From assembly GCA_016879935.1 (NCBI GenBank), contig JAACJQ010000356.1, positions 1 to 41,689 on the forward strand: DNA of 41,689 bases, in the 5' to 3' direction. Numbering within the stretch: position 1 is the first letter of the stretch; each line of letters begins with the position of its first letter. The notes under the pieces were generated by a model, which was given only the letters and a program-made list of their open reading frames with translations, ran no database searches and was not told where the DNA came from. Origin of the DNA: Archangiaceae bacterium. GTDB lineage: Bacteria; Myxococcota; Myxococcia; Myxococcales; Myxococcaceae. Of this stretch, positions 27,106 through 35,980 are shown in pieces. Both the position numbers and the translations under genes were made by a program.

Positions 27106-27118
27106 GATCAACCCAGCG
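27106..27118 (+). promoter_or_regulatory. Third occurrence of the 13-mer GATCAACCCAGCG (core of the 86-bp repeat) in the divergent promoter region between the PEGA gene and hoxF; candidate operator
   Basis: Exact 13/13 match to the first 13 nt of both 86-bp repeat copies (25716, 25802). Located 40-100 nt upstream of the hoxF start candidates. Confidence 0.3.
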
Positions 27119-27220
27119 CACGGAACCCATGTCTGGCAGCCGGGAACGCAACGCTTGCGCTCGGCGGCGGGCCAGGGGCGTGACAGGCGGAGCGGCGCGA
27201 GGCGTGCAACAGGTCGTCGG

Positions 27221-28966
27221 GTGCGCTCCGCGTCCGACATCTTGAATGCGCACCGGGGGGACCCAACCCGGCTGGTGCAGATTCTCCGAGATGCGCAGCA
27301 CGCGTGTGGCAACTGGTTGCCGGCGAGGGTGCTCTCGGAGATTGCCCGCGGGCTCGGCCTGCCGCGCGCGCGCGTCGAGGGCGTCGCGGGATTCTACGCC
27401 TTCTTGAACCTCAAGCCCGTCGGCCGCTTCCGCGTGCTCGTTTCGGACAACGTGACCGACCGCTTCGCTGGAAGCGCCGAGACGTGTGGCGCGCTCTGTC
27501 AGCGCCTCGGCGTGAAGCGTGGCCACGTGCGCAGCGACGGCCGCGTCTCGGTCGACTTCACCTCGTGTACGGGGCTGTGCGACCAGGGGCCCGCGCTGCT
27601 GGTGAACGGCCTCGCGATTCCCCAGGTGACGGGTGAGCGGCTCGACCAGGTCGTCAGGCTCATCGAGGCCGACACTCCCGTCGACGAATGGCCGGCGGAC
27701 CTGCGGCGTGTGCAAGACGGCGTGCGTCTGCAGGGGCCCGTGCTCGGAGCGACGCTCGAGCCCGGAGCCGCGCTCCATCGTGTGCTGCATGCGAGCCCCG
27801 ACGACGTGCTCGCGACCCTGAAAGACTCGAAGCTGCGCGGCCGAGGCGGTGCCGGCTTCCCCGTGGCGACGAAGTGGGAGACCTGCCGCACCGCGCCTGG
27901 TGACAGCGTCGTCGTCTGCAACGCCGATGAAGGCGAGCCGGGTACTTTCAAAGACCGCGCGCTGCTCATGCGCCGGGCCGACCTCGTCGTCGAAGGCATG
28001 ACCATCGCCGCGCGCTTCACGGGCGCCACGCAGGGCTTCATCTACCTGCGGGGAGAGTACGAGTTCCTGCTCCCGCACCTGAACGAGGTGCTCTCGAAGC
28101 GGCGCGCAGCGAAGCTGCTCGGCACCGGCATCTGCGGCGACCGCGGCTTCGACTTCGACGTCGACGTGCACCTGGGCGCGGGCGCGTACGTCTGCGGCGA
28201 AGAGACGGCCCTGCTCGAGTCGCTCGAGGGCAAACGCGGCGTGCCCAGGCACCGCCCGCCGTTTCCCGTCACCCACGGTTACCTGGGCCGGCCCACCACG
28301 GTGAACAACGTCGAGACCTACGCCGACGCCGCCGTCATCTTCGGGCTGGGCCTCGAGGCGTGGAAGGCGCTGGGCACCGAGCAGTCGTCGGGCTCGAAGC
28401 TCTTGTCCATCGCGGGCGACGTCGAGCGGCCCGGCATCTTCGAGGTGCCGTGGGGCACCACCGTGCGTGAGGTGCTGAAGCTCGCAGGTGCCGGCTCGGT
28501 GAAGGCCGTTCAGGTGGGCGGCCCGTCGGGAGAGCTCATCTCACCGAAGGAACTCGACCGCCGCATCGCGTTCGAAGACCTGCCCTGCGCGGGCGCCATC
28601 GCCGTCTTCAACGAGTCGCGAGACCTGCTCGAGGTGGTGGTGAACTACGCCCACTTCTTCGCGCACGAGAGCTGCGGCTTCTGCACGCCCTGTCGCGTGG
28701 GCACGCACGTGGCGACACGTTCGTTGGACAAGCTGCGGCAGGGCCGCGGGTCGTCGGCCGAGCTGGCAGAGCTGGGCACCCTGACGAGGCTGCTGCGCGA
28801 CACCTCGCACTGCGGCCTCGGCAACACGGCGCCGAACGCGTGGCGCCACTACCTCGACAAGTTCCCCGACGACCTCGCGCGGCGGCTGCAGGCTGGCTTC
28901 GTGCCTGCCTTCGACGTCGACGCGGCGCTGGTGGCGGCTCGTACGGCGCGTGGAGAGACGCCATGA
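27221..28966 (+). CDS. hoxF: NAD-reducing [NiFe] hydrogenase diaphorase subunit HoxF (fused NuoE-like 2Fe-2S domain + NuoF-like FMN/NAD/4Fe-4S domain); GTG 27221 proposed, maximal ORF from TTG 27155 (603 aa)
   Basis: NuoE-type C-x4-C...C-x3-C (CGALC...CTGLC). NuoF motifs GRGGAGFP and NADEGEPGTFKDR. 4Fe-4S ESCGFCTPCRVG. Same length and architecture as the Cupriavidus SH HoxF. Stop overlaps the hoxU ATG. Confidence 0.9.
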   Translation: MRSASDILNAHRGDPTRLVQILRDAQHACGNWLPARVLSEIARGLGLPRARVEGVAGFYAFLNLKPVGRFRVLVSDNVTDRFAGSAETCGALCQRLGVKRGHVRSDGRVSVDFTSCTGLCDQGPALLVNGLAIPQVTGERLDQVVRLIEADTPVDEWPADLRRVQDGVRLQGPVLGATLEPGAALHRVLHASPDDVLATLKDSKLRGRGGAGFPVATKWETCRTAPGDSVVVCNADEGEPGTFKDRALLMRRADLVVEGMTIAARFTGATQGFIYLRGEYEFLLPHLNEVLSKRRAAKLLGTGICGDRGFDFDVDVHLGAGAYVCGEETALLESLEGKRGVPRHRPPFPVTHGYLGRPTTVNNVETYADAAVIFGLGLEAWKALGTEQSSGSKLLSIAGDVERPGIFEVPWGTTVREVLKLAGAGSVKAVQVGGPSGELISPKELDRRIAFEDLPCAGAIAVFNESRDLLEVVVNYAHFFAHESCGFCTPCRVGTHVATRSLDKLRQGRGSSAELAELGTLTRLLRDTSHCGLGNTAPNAWRHYLDKFPDDLARRLQAGFVPAFDVDAALVAARTARGETP

Positions 28967-29667
28967 GTTCGTTCACGCTCGATGGCGCCGACGTCGCCTT
29001 CACCGAGGGGCAGACCATCATCGAGGCCGCGCGCGTGGCGGGCCGCTTCATTCCCTCGCTCTGCGCGCACCCCGAGTTCCCCGCCCACGGCTCGTGCCGC
29101 GTCTGCACGGTGCTGGTGAACGGCCGCCCGATGTCGTCGTGCACCACGAAGGCCTCGGAGGGCCAGGTGGTCGAGAGCAACACGGCCGCGCTCAACCGCG
29201 ACCGGCAGGCGCTCGTGCAGATGCTCTTCGTCGAGGGCAACCACTTCTGTCCCGGCTGCGAGAAGTCGGGCGCGTGCACGCTGCAGTCGCTCGGGAAGGA
29301 GCTCGGCGTCACGTCGGCGGGCTTCGCGCACGAGTCGCCGACCCGCCCCGTCGATGCCTCGCACCCCGACATTCTGCTCGACTTCAACCGCTGCATTCTC
29401 TGCGAACTCTGCGTGCGCGCGTCGGCTGACGTCGACCACAAAGACGTGTTCGCGCTCTCGGGCCGCGGGCTGCACAAGCACCTCATCGTCAACGCCGAGT
29501 CGGGGCGGCTCGCCGACACCGGCATGTCGCTCGAAGACAAGGCGATGACGGTGTGCCCGGTGGGCGTGATTCTGAAGAAGCGGCAGGGCTTCTCGACGCC
29601 CATCGGCGCGCGGCGTGACGACGTGCAGACGCCGAGGCAGCGCCTCGAGGCGGGGAGGAAGCCATGA
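28963..29667 (+). CDS. hoxU: NAD-reducing hydrogenase diaphorase iron-sulfur subunit HoxU (NuoG N-terminal-like, 234 aa)
   Basis: 2Fe-2S CRVCTV motif. CPGCEKSGACTLQ and CILCELCVRA cluster motifs. GGAGAG RBS. ATGA overlaps with hoxF (28963) and hoxY (29664). Confidence 0.9.
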   Translation: MSSFTLDGADVAFTEGQTIIEAARVAGRFIPSLCAHPEFPAHGSCRVCTVLVNGRPMSSCTTKASEGQVVESNTAALNRDRQALVQMLFVEGNHFCPGCEKSGACTLQSLGKELGVTSAGFAHESPTRPVDASHPDILLDFNRCILCELCVRASADVDHKDVFALSGRGLHKHLIVNAESGRLADTGMSLEDKAMTVCPVGVILKKRQGFSTPIGARRDDVQTPRQRLEAGRKP

Positions 29668-30203
29668 CCGCGAAGGTGCGCGTGGCGACGACGTCGCTGG
29701 CCGGCTGCTTCGGCTGCCACATGTCGTTCCTCGACATCGACGAGCGCATTCTGCCGCTGCTCGAGCGCGTGACGCTCGACCGCTCGCCGTTGACCGACCA
29801 GAAACACGCAGGCCCGTGCGCGGTGGGGCTCGTCGAAGGTGGGGTGTGCAACGAAGACAACCTGCACGTGCTCCGTGAGTTCCGCGCGCAGTGCCAGGTG
29901 CTGGTGGCCGTCGGTGCGTGTGCCATCAACGGAGGCCTGCCCGCGCAGCGAAACCACTTCGAGGTCGGTGACCTGCTGCGCCGCGTGTACACCGAGGAGC
30001 CGGGGCTCACGCGCCGTGTGGTGCCCGACGACCCCGAGCTGCCGCTGCTCTTCGACAAGGTGCGGCCGCTGCACGAGCTGGTGAAGGTCGACTACTTCAT
30101 TCCCGGCTGCCCGCCGCCCGCCGAGGCCTTCTGGGCGTTTCTCTCAGACCTGCTCGACGGCAAAGAGCCGCGGCTGCCGAAGGGAGCGATTCGGTATGAC
30201 TGA
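29664..30203 (+). CDS. hoxY: [NiFe] hydrogenase small subunit HoxY (179 aa)
   Basis: Proximal-cluster motifs LAGCFGCHMS and GACAINGG...GCPP. GGAGG RBS. Overlaps hoxH start by 8 nt. Confidence 0.9.
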   Translation: MTAKVRVATTSLAGCFGCHMSFLDIDERILPLLERVTLDRSPLTDQKHAGPCAVGLVEGGVCNEDNLHVLREFRAQCQVLVAVGACAINGGLPAQRNHFEVGDLLRRVYTEEPGLTRRVVPDDPELPLLFDKVRPLHELVKVDYFIPGCPPPAEAFWAFLSDLLDGKEPRLPKGAIRYD

Positions 30204-31632
30204 GACGCTGCGACGCATCGCCATCGACCCGCTCTCGCGCGTGGAGGGGCACGGCAAGGTGACGCTGCTCCTCGACGACGCTGGCCACGTGCACGAGGCG
30301 CGACTGCACATCGTCGAGTTTCGCGGCTTCGAGGCCTTCATCGTCGGGCGCCCGTACTGGGAGGTGCCCGTCATCGTGCAGCGCCTCTGCGGCATCTGCC
30401 CCGTCTCGCACAACCTCTGCGCGGCGAAGGCGCTCGATGCCGTCGTCGGTGGCGTGCCACCTCCTTCGGCCGTGAAGCTGCGGCGCCTCATGCACGCGGG
30501 CCAGCTGCTGCAGTCACACGCGCTCCACTTCTTCCACCTCGCTTCGCCCGACCTGCTCTTCGGCTTCGACAGCGACATGGCCCGGCGCAACCTGATGGGC
30601 CTCGTCGAGACGCACCCCGAGCTCGCGAAGCAGGGCGTCATGCTGCGCAAGTTCGGGCAGCAGGTGCTCGAGGCCGTCTACGGCAAACGCATTCATGGCA
30701 CCGGCGCCGTGCCCGGCGGGGTGAACAAGCACCTGAGCCTCGAGCACCGCGACGAGTTCTCGAAGCAGCTGCCGCAGGTGAAGCAATGGGCCCTGGGAGC
30801 GGTGGCGCTCGCGAAGCAGCTGACCGAGGCGAACCTGGTGCGGCACGCGGGCTTCGGCACCGTGCCCTCGGCGATGTTGAGCCTCGTCGCGGCCGATGGC
30901 TCCCTCGACCTCTACGACGGTGGCCTGCGCGCGAAAGACGCCGAAGGCCGGCTGCTCTTCGACGGCCTCGACGCGTCGTCGTACCGCCAGCTCATTCAGG
31001 AAGAGGTGCGGCCCTGGTCGTACATGAAGTTCCCCTACCTCTCGGCGCTGGGGCCCGATGCGGGTTGGTACAAGGTCGGCCCGCTCGCGCGCCTGCAGGT
31101 GTGCGACCGCCTCTCGACGCCGCTCGCCGAGGCCGCGCGTCAGGAGCTCATCGCGAGCTCTCCGCGCACCATTCACGCGCCGCTCGTCTTCCACTGGGCG
31201 CGAATGATCGAGCTGCTCCATGCCGCCGAAGACATCGAGCGGCTGCTGCAAGACGACGCGCTCGTTCAGGGCGAGCTGGTCTCGACGGGCGAGCGGCAGC
31301 GCGAAGGCGTCGGCGTCATCGAGGCGCCGCGCGGCACGCTCATTCATCACTACGAAGTCGGTGACGACGACCTCGTCACCCGCTGCAACCTCATCGTCTC
31401 GACGACCAACAACAACCAGGCGATGAACGAGGCGATTCGGTCGGTGGCCCGCCAGTACCTCGACGGGCACCGCGTGACCGAAGGGCTGCTGAACCACCTC
31501 GAGGTCGCCGTGCGCGCGTTCGACCCGTGTCTGTCGTGCGCCACGCACGCGATGGGGCAGATGCCGATGGAAGTCACGGTGGTGGACTCTTCTGGAGCCG
31601 TGCTGTCGCGGGCGGAACGGGGGGCGTCGTGA
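30196..31632 (+). CDS. hoxH: [NiFe] hydrogenase large subunit HoxH (group 3d-type, 478 aa) with C-terminal cleavable extension
   Basis: N-terminal Ni-binding RLCGICPVSH (R-x-C-G-x-C). C-terminal DPCLSCATH (D-P-C-x-x-C-x-x-H) followed by a 24-aa tail removed by the HoxW protease. Confidence 0.92.
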   Translation: MTETLRRIAIDPLSRVEGHGKVTLLLDDAGHVHEARLHIVEFRGFEAFIVGRPYWEVPVIVQRLCGICPVSHNLCAAKALDAVVGGVPPPSAVKLRRLMHAGQLLQSHALHFFHLASPDLLFGFDSDMARRNLMGLVETHPELAKQGVMLRKFGQQVLEAVYGKRIHGTGAVPGGVNKHLSLEHRDEFSKQLPQVKQWALGAVALAKQLTEANLVRHAGFGTVPSAMLSLVAADGSLDLYDGGLRAKDAEGRLLFDGLDASSYRQLIQEEVRPWSYMKFPYLSALGPDAGWYKVGPLARLQVCDRLSTPLAEAARQELIASSPRTIHAPLVFHWARMIELLHAAEDIERLLQDDALVQGELVSTGERQREGVGVIEAPRGTLIHHYEVGDDDLVTRCNLIVSTTNNNQAMNEAIRSVARQYLDGHRVTEGLLNHLEVAVRAFDPCLSCATHAMGQMPMEVTVVDSSGAVLSRAERGAS

Positions 31633-31640
31633 AAGCCAGA

Positions 31641-32075
31641 ATGCTGATCTTCGGTTGGGGAAATCCATCTCGCGGCGACGATGGGCTGGGGCCCGCGTTC
31701 GTCGGCGAGGCGCTGCGGCGCGCGGGCGTCGACGTGCTGGTCGACTACCAACTGCAGCCCGAGCACGCGCTCGACCTCGTGGGCCGCGACGAGGTGTTGT
31801 TCGTCGACGCCAGCACCTCGGGAGAGGAGCCGTTCGAGGTCTTCGAGCTCGCTCCCGGGCCGAAAGTGACGGTGTCGACGCACCACCTGTCTCCGGGCGG
31901 GCTGCTGGCCGTCTACGAGCGGGTGACCGGCAAGAAGGCGCCGCATGCGCGAGTGCTGGCGATTCGGGGCTGGGCGTTCGGCCTCGGCGAGAGCTTGAGT
32001 GACAGGGCGAAGCAGAACCTCGAGGCCGCGCTCGACTGGTGGCTGCACCAGCAGGAGCCGGCGGCGGCGCACTGA
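31641..32075 (+). CDS. hoxW: Hydrogenase maturation endopeptidase HoxW/HycI family (144 aa; alternative GTG at 31629 overlapping the hoxH stop)
   Basis: Signature MLIFGWGNPSRGDDGLG (G-x-G-N-x-x-x-G-D-D-G) and downstream HH..P motif for Ni-dependent cleavage. Immediately follows hoxH. Confidence 0.8.
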   Translation: MLIFGWGNPSRGDDGLGPAFVGEALRRAGVDVLVDYQLQPEHALDLVGRDEVLFVDASTSGEEPFEVFELAPGPKVTVSTHHLSPGGLLAVYERVTGKKAPHARVLAIRGWAFGLGESLSDRAKQNLEAALDWWLHQQEPAAAH

Positions 32076-32114
32076 CCGTCGCGTTGGCCGAGTCGATGGA
32101 GTAGGGGCGCGCGC

Positions 32115-32780
32115 ATGAGTGACGCAGTGGTGGTGCTTCGGGTGAAGGCGGGAGCCCCGGTTCCCGAGTGGCTGTGGGACCTGCAGGGCGTCGAGCGGCT
32201 CCGTGACGGAGCCTTCCTGGTGCCGGCGGGTACGTTTCGCGTCGACGACGTGAGCGGCGGTGAGGTGCGCAAGGCGTTGCCGCACGACCTCTCGTTTCAC
32301 GACGACGCGCGTGGCGTGAGGTGGATGAAGCTGACCGCGATTCCGCCGCGCAAGGTCATCGAGTGCGAGCTGGCCGGGCACGGGCGCTTCAAGGCGTACG
32401 CGCTCGACTACGAGCCGTGCGTGAGTGCTCCCGGGGCGTGGGTGCCGGCGAAGGCGCCGACCGTCGTGGTGCCGCGCAAGAAGGTGCCTGACGCCGACGA
32501 GCCGCAGCACCGCAACGTGGTGGTGGTGAAGAAGGCGCCGAAGACGCTGCCGAAAGAGCTCGTCGTGCTCTCACGCCTGCCCGATGGAACGGCGCTCGCG
32601 GTCGGCCCGCGCAACCGTGGCTGGGTCGACTGGCTCAAGAAGAACGTGCCGCTCGAGCACCTGCGCCTGCTGCGTGGCCCCGTGCCCGACTCGTTCATCA
32701 AGGAGATGGAGAGCTTCGAGATGCTCGACGCGGCCTGCCGACTTCAGGGCCAGTCGTTGCTGGTGATGAAGTCGGAATAG
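32115..32780 (+). CDS. Hypothetical protein (221 aa) immediately downstream of hoxW on the same strand
   Basis: Complete ORF with high GC3. No motif recognised. 39-nt gap to hoxW. Confidence 0.5.
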   Translation: MSDAVVVLRVKAGAPVPEWLWDLQGVERLRDGAFLVPAGTFRVDDVSGGEVRKALPHDLSFHDDARGVRWMKLTAIPPRKVIECELAGHGRFKAYALDYEPCVSAPGAWVPAKAPTVVVPRKKVPDADEPQHRNVVVVKKAPKTLPKELVVLSRLPDGTALAVGPRNRGWVDWLKKNVPLEHLRLLRGPVPDSFIKEMESFEMLDAACRLQGQSLLVMKSE

Positions 32781-33593
32781 TCAGCGCCTTCGCGCGAACG
32801 GCAGCGTCAGCAGGAACGAGAGCGCGAGCAGCAGCACGATGGCGGCGCCCGAGGGCGCGTTCACCGACGCGGAGACGAAGACGCCGCCCACGCCGCTGAG
32901 GAGCGCGATGACGACGCTCGCCCAGGTGAGCCCCGCGACACTGCGCGCGACGTTGCGCCCGGCCGCCGCGGGCACGAGCAGCATCGCCTCGACCATCAAC
33001 GCGCCGAGCACCTTCACCGACGCGACGATGACGAGGGTGAGCAGCACCACCAGCCCGTACTCCAGCGTGGCTGAGGGGAGCCGCTTCGCCGCCGAGAGCC
33101 GCGCGTCGGTGCCGTCGAGCAGCAGCGCGTTGTGAAAGCGGGTCAACACGAACACGACGAGCAGCAACGCGCCGCCCAGCACGAACAGGTCGGTGCGCGT
33201 GACGGTCAGCACCGAGCCGAACATGACGGCTTCGAGTTGGTGCACGTTGAAGCGCTTCGTCACCACGGTGAGCAGCAACACACCGAGGCCGAGCGTGAAG
33301 GCGAGCAGCACCCCGACGAGCGTGTCGGCCGGGAGCGACGAGCGCCTGCGCACGAAGACGAGCCCGACGCCGCAGAGGAGCGAGAACCCGAGCACGCTCG
33401 CCCAGGGCGCGTCGACGGGCTCTCCCAACAACACGCCAAGTGACACGCCCGTGAGCACGGCCTGGCCGAGCGCGGCGGAGAAGAAGGCGAGCCTTCGCGT
33501 GAGCACGAGCGGCGAGAGCAGACCCAGCATCGGCGCGGCGAGGGCGACGGCGATGAGCGCGCGTTGCACGAACTCGAGCGAGAGCGTGTTCAT
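32781..33593 (-). CDS. znuB: Metal (Zn/Mn) ABC transporter permease, ZnuB/MntB family (270 aa)
   Basis: 8-TM ABC-3 permease pattern. ATG overlaps the znuC stop (ATGA at 33590-33593). Confidence 0.8.
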   Translation of the reverse strand: MNTLSLEFVQRALIAVALAAPMLGLLSPLVLTRRLAFFSAALGQAVLTGVSLGVLLGEPVDAPWASVLGFSLLCGVGLVFVRRRSSLPADTLVGVLLAFTLGLGVLLLTVVTKRFNVHQLEAVMFGSVLTVTRTDLFVLGGALLLVVFVLTRFHNALLLDGTDARLSAAKRLPSATLEYGLVVLLTLVIVASVKVLGALMVEAMLLVPAAAGRNVARSVAGLTWASVVIALLSGVGGVFVSASVNAPSGAAIVLLLALSFLLTLPFARRR

Positions 33594-34192
33594 GCGGCGC
33601 TCCCGATTCGCGTGGTGTGCGTGGCGAGCGTGATGGCCTGCGCGTCGTGAGAGATGAGCAGCGTCGCGACGCCGTCACGTTTCGCCTGCTCGAGCGCGGT
33701 GACGAGGTGCTGCTTCGAGCCGTCGTCGAGCCCCGCTTCGGGTTCGTCGAGCAGCAGGAGCTGCGGCTTCGTCGAGAGCGCGTCGGCCAGCAGCACGCGG
33801 CGCAGCTCTCCGCCCGAGAGCTCGGAGACGCGACGGTTCAGCAGTGACTCGCAGCCCGTGCGGGAGAGCGCCGTGACGACCTCTGCCTTCGTCGCCGCTC
33901 CGATGCCCAGGAACGAGGGACGCGTCGTGCGCGAGGCCGCGAGCAGCTCGAGCACCGTCAGCGGCGTGAGCGTCGGCACCGAGAAGCGCTGCGGCACCAC
34001 CGCGAGGCGAACGTCGGGCGCCAGCTGGAGCGTGCCTTCGAAGGCGACGAGGCCGAGCACGCAGTCGAGAAACGTCGACTTGCCCGAGCCGTTCGGGCCC
34101 ACGAGCGCGTGCACGTCTCCCTTCGAGATGGACAGCGAGACTGGCGCGAGCCGACCGGTCACCCGAACGTCTTTCGCCACGAGCACGTTCAT
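33590..34192 (-). CDS. znuC: Metal ABC transporter ATP-binding protein, ZnuC family (200 aa)
   Basis: Walker A GPNGSGKST. ABC signature LSGGELRRVLLA. Walker B LLLLDEP. ATGA overlap with the znuA stop. Confidence 0.85.
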   Translation of the reverse strand: MNVLVAKDVRVTGRLAPVSLSISKGDVHALVGPNGSGKSTFLDCVLGLVAFEGTLQLAPDVRLAVVPQRFSVPTLTPLTVLELLAASRTTRPSFLGIGAATKAEVVTALSRTGCESLLNRRVSELSGGELRRVLLADALSTKPQLLLLDEPEAGLDDGSKQHLVTALEQAKRDGVATLLISHDAQAITLATHTTRIGSAA

Positions 34193-35064
34193 CGAACGAG
34201 CTCCCGCACGATGGCGTCGAGGTTCTGCTGCATGTCGTGCTCGAAGCGCTCGGGCGTGAAGGCGCCGGTCGCGATGTGGCTCACCACCACGACGCGCGCG
34301 CCGGCGTCTTCGAGCACCTTCGCCATCGAGGGTGGAAACGACTCCTCCGAGAAGACGACGGTGGCCTGCTTCGCCTGGAGCAGCCGCACGACTTCACCGA
34401 GCTCCGAGGCCGAGGGGAGCAGCCCGTGCGCAGGCTCCACCACCGCCGCGAGCTCGAGTCCCAGCTCCTGCAGCAGGTACGAATAGCCGTCGTGCACCGT
34501 CACCACGCGGCGTGACTTCACGTTCGAGAGCGCCGTCACCGCTCGTGCCCGCATGGCCCGCAGCGTCTTTGCGTAGGCGGCGGCGTTGCGCTCGAGCTGC
34601 GCGCGCCACTCGGGCTTCACCTCGGCCAGCGCCCGCGCGAGCGCGTACGACTGGAGCATCGCGTTGCCGAGCGAGAGAAACGTGTGCGAGTTGGGAGCGC
34701 CTTCCTTCGACACGAGCCGCGGCGTCGCGTCATTGAGCCGAACGCGCACGAGCTTCGGGTTGTCGGCCGCGCGCACCATCTCGTCGAGGAACGCGTCGTG
34801 GCCGAGCCCATTTTCGACCAACACGTCGAGCGTCGTGAGCGTGGCCACGTCTCGCGGCCGCGGCTGGTAGCTGCCGATGTCGACGTCTCCCGGCACCACC
34901 GGCACGACCTCGACCGGCAGGCCCTGCGTCACCCGCGACGTCCACGAGAAGTAGGGGTGCAACGTCACGCCCACGCGGAGCGGAGCCGACGCCAGCAACG
35001 CGAGGCAGACGAACGAAGTCACGGCGCCGCGCTCACCGTGCCAGGCGGCGGCTTTCCGACACAC
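34189..35064 (-). CDS. znuA: Periplasmic metal-binding protein, ZnuA/TroA family (291 aa; GTG start 35064, alternative GTG 35022)
   Basis: Signal peptide. TroA-like two-lobe pattern with conserved His positions (TLHPYF..., VTVHDGYSYL...). First gene of znuA-C-B. Confidence 0.75.
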   Translation of the reverse strand: MCRKAAAWHGERGAVTSFVCLALLASAPLRVGVTLHPYFSWTSRVTQGLPVEVVPVVPGDVDIGSYQPRPRDVATLTTLDVLVENGLGHDAFLDEMVRAADNPKLVRVRLNDATPRLVSKEGAPNSHTFLSLGNAMLQSYALARALAEVKPEWRAQLERNAAAYAKTLRAMRARAVTALSNVKSRRVVTVHDGYSYLLQELGLELAAVVEPAHGLLPSASELGEVVRLLQAKQATVVFSEESFPPSMAKVLEDAGARVVVVSHIATGAFTPERFEHDMQQNLDAIVRELVR

Positions 35065-35960
35065 GACGGCAGCTGCTCGAGCGCGGCAGCGTCATGGGCG
35101 GGAATGACGAGCACGTCTCTGCGCTCCCTGGAGAGCACGTGCAGCAGGCCCAGCGCGTCGCCCGTCTTCTCTTCGTCGGCGTCGAGCCGCACGAGCGGGT
35201 TCTTGTGCACCGGTGCTTCGACGCCGCGCATCGTCCACGAGGTGTCGCCCGAGAAGAGCGCGGTGCGGCCGTCGCCGAGCTTCACGAGGAACGCGGTGCT
35301 GCCCGGGGTGTGACCGGGCATCGGCACGGCCACGATGGCGCCATCGCCGAAGACGTCGAACGACGAGGGGAAGCCGTCGCGCGCGGGGCCCTTGAAGTCG
35401 AACGTCCACAGCCGCTCCTTGGCGCGGGCGAGGTGGTGCGGCATCACGCCTTCGTCGAGGAAGCGCGTCAACGTGCGTGCCCACTCGAGCTCGGGCTTCG
35501 CGATGAGCACGCGGGCATTCGGAATGTCGCCGAGGGCGCCGACGTGGTCCCAGTGCACGTGGGTGGCGAGCGCGAGCGTCACGTCGTTCGGGTCGAGGCC
35601 CGCTTCGCCCATGAGCTCGACCATCGGGTGCTTCGTGCGCGCCGGGCCCATGGCGAGCGCGAACAGCTTCGGGCCCTTCGCGAGGTCGGTCGCGACGTTC
35701 TTGCCGAACGCAGGGTCGATGATGACGAGGCCGGCCGGGTGCTTCACGACGATGGAGGCGATGCCGTAGTGCCACGGCTCGAAGCTCCACTCCGCCACGC
35801 CTTCGACGCGTGAACGCACGGTGCGCTCCTGCATCAGCACGCACACCTCGACGCCACGGCCCGTCGGCTTCGACGCCTTCACGAGGCTCGGGTCGGGCAG
35901 CCGAATCGGTGGACCTGCACACGCAGACAACAGAAGGACGAAGACGGCCGGTCGCAGCAT
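35019..35960 (-). CDS. MBL-fold metallo-hydrolase lipoprotein (313 aa)
   Basis: Signal MLRPAVFVLLLSAC. Zn-binding THVHWDHVG (H-x-H-x-D-H) and downstream GHTPGS. Confidence 0.8.
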   Translation of the reverse strand: MLRPAVFVLLLSACAGPPIRLPDPSLVKASKPTGRGVEVCVLMQERTVRSRVEGVAEWSFEPWHYGIASIVVKHPAGLVIIDPAFGKNVATDLAKGPKLFALAMGPARTKHPMVELMGEAGLDPNDVTLALATHVHWDHVGALGDIPNARVLIAKPELEWARTLTRFLDEGVMPHHLARAKERLWTFDFKGPARDGFPSSFDVFGDGAIVAVPMPGHTPGSTAFLVKLGDGRTALFSGDTSWTMRGVEAPVHKNPLVRLDADEEKTGDALGLLHVLSRERRDVLVIPAHDAAALEQLPSCVGKPPPGTVSAAP

Positions 35961-35980
35961 CGAGGCGCCTTATGCCGCAA

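Noticed and set aside
26822-28276. 484-aa minus-strand ORF across the hoxF region, and the similar 30514-31668 ORF across hoxH
   Set aside because: Antisense to hydrogenase genes with diagnostic cofactor motifs; low-complexity translations.
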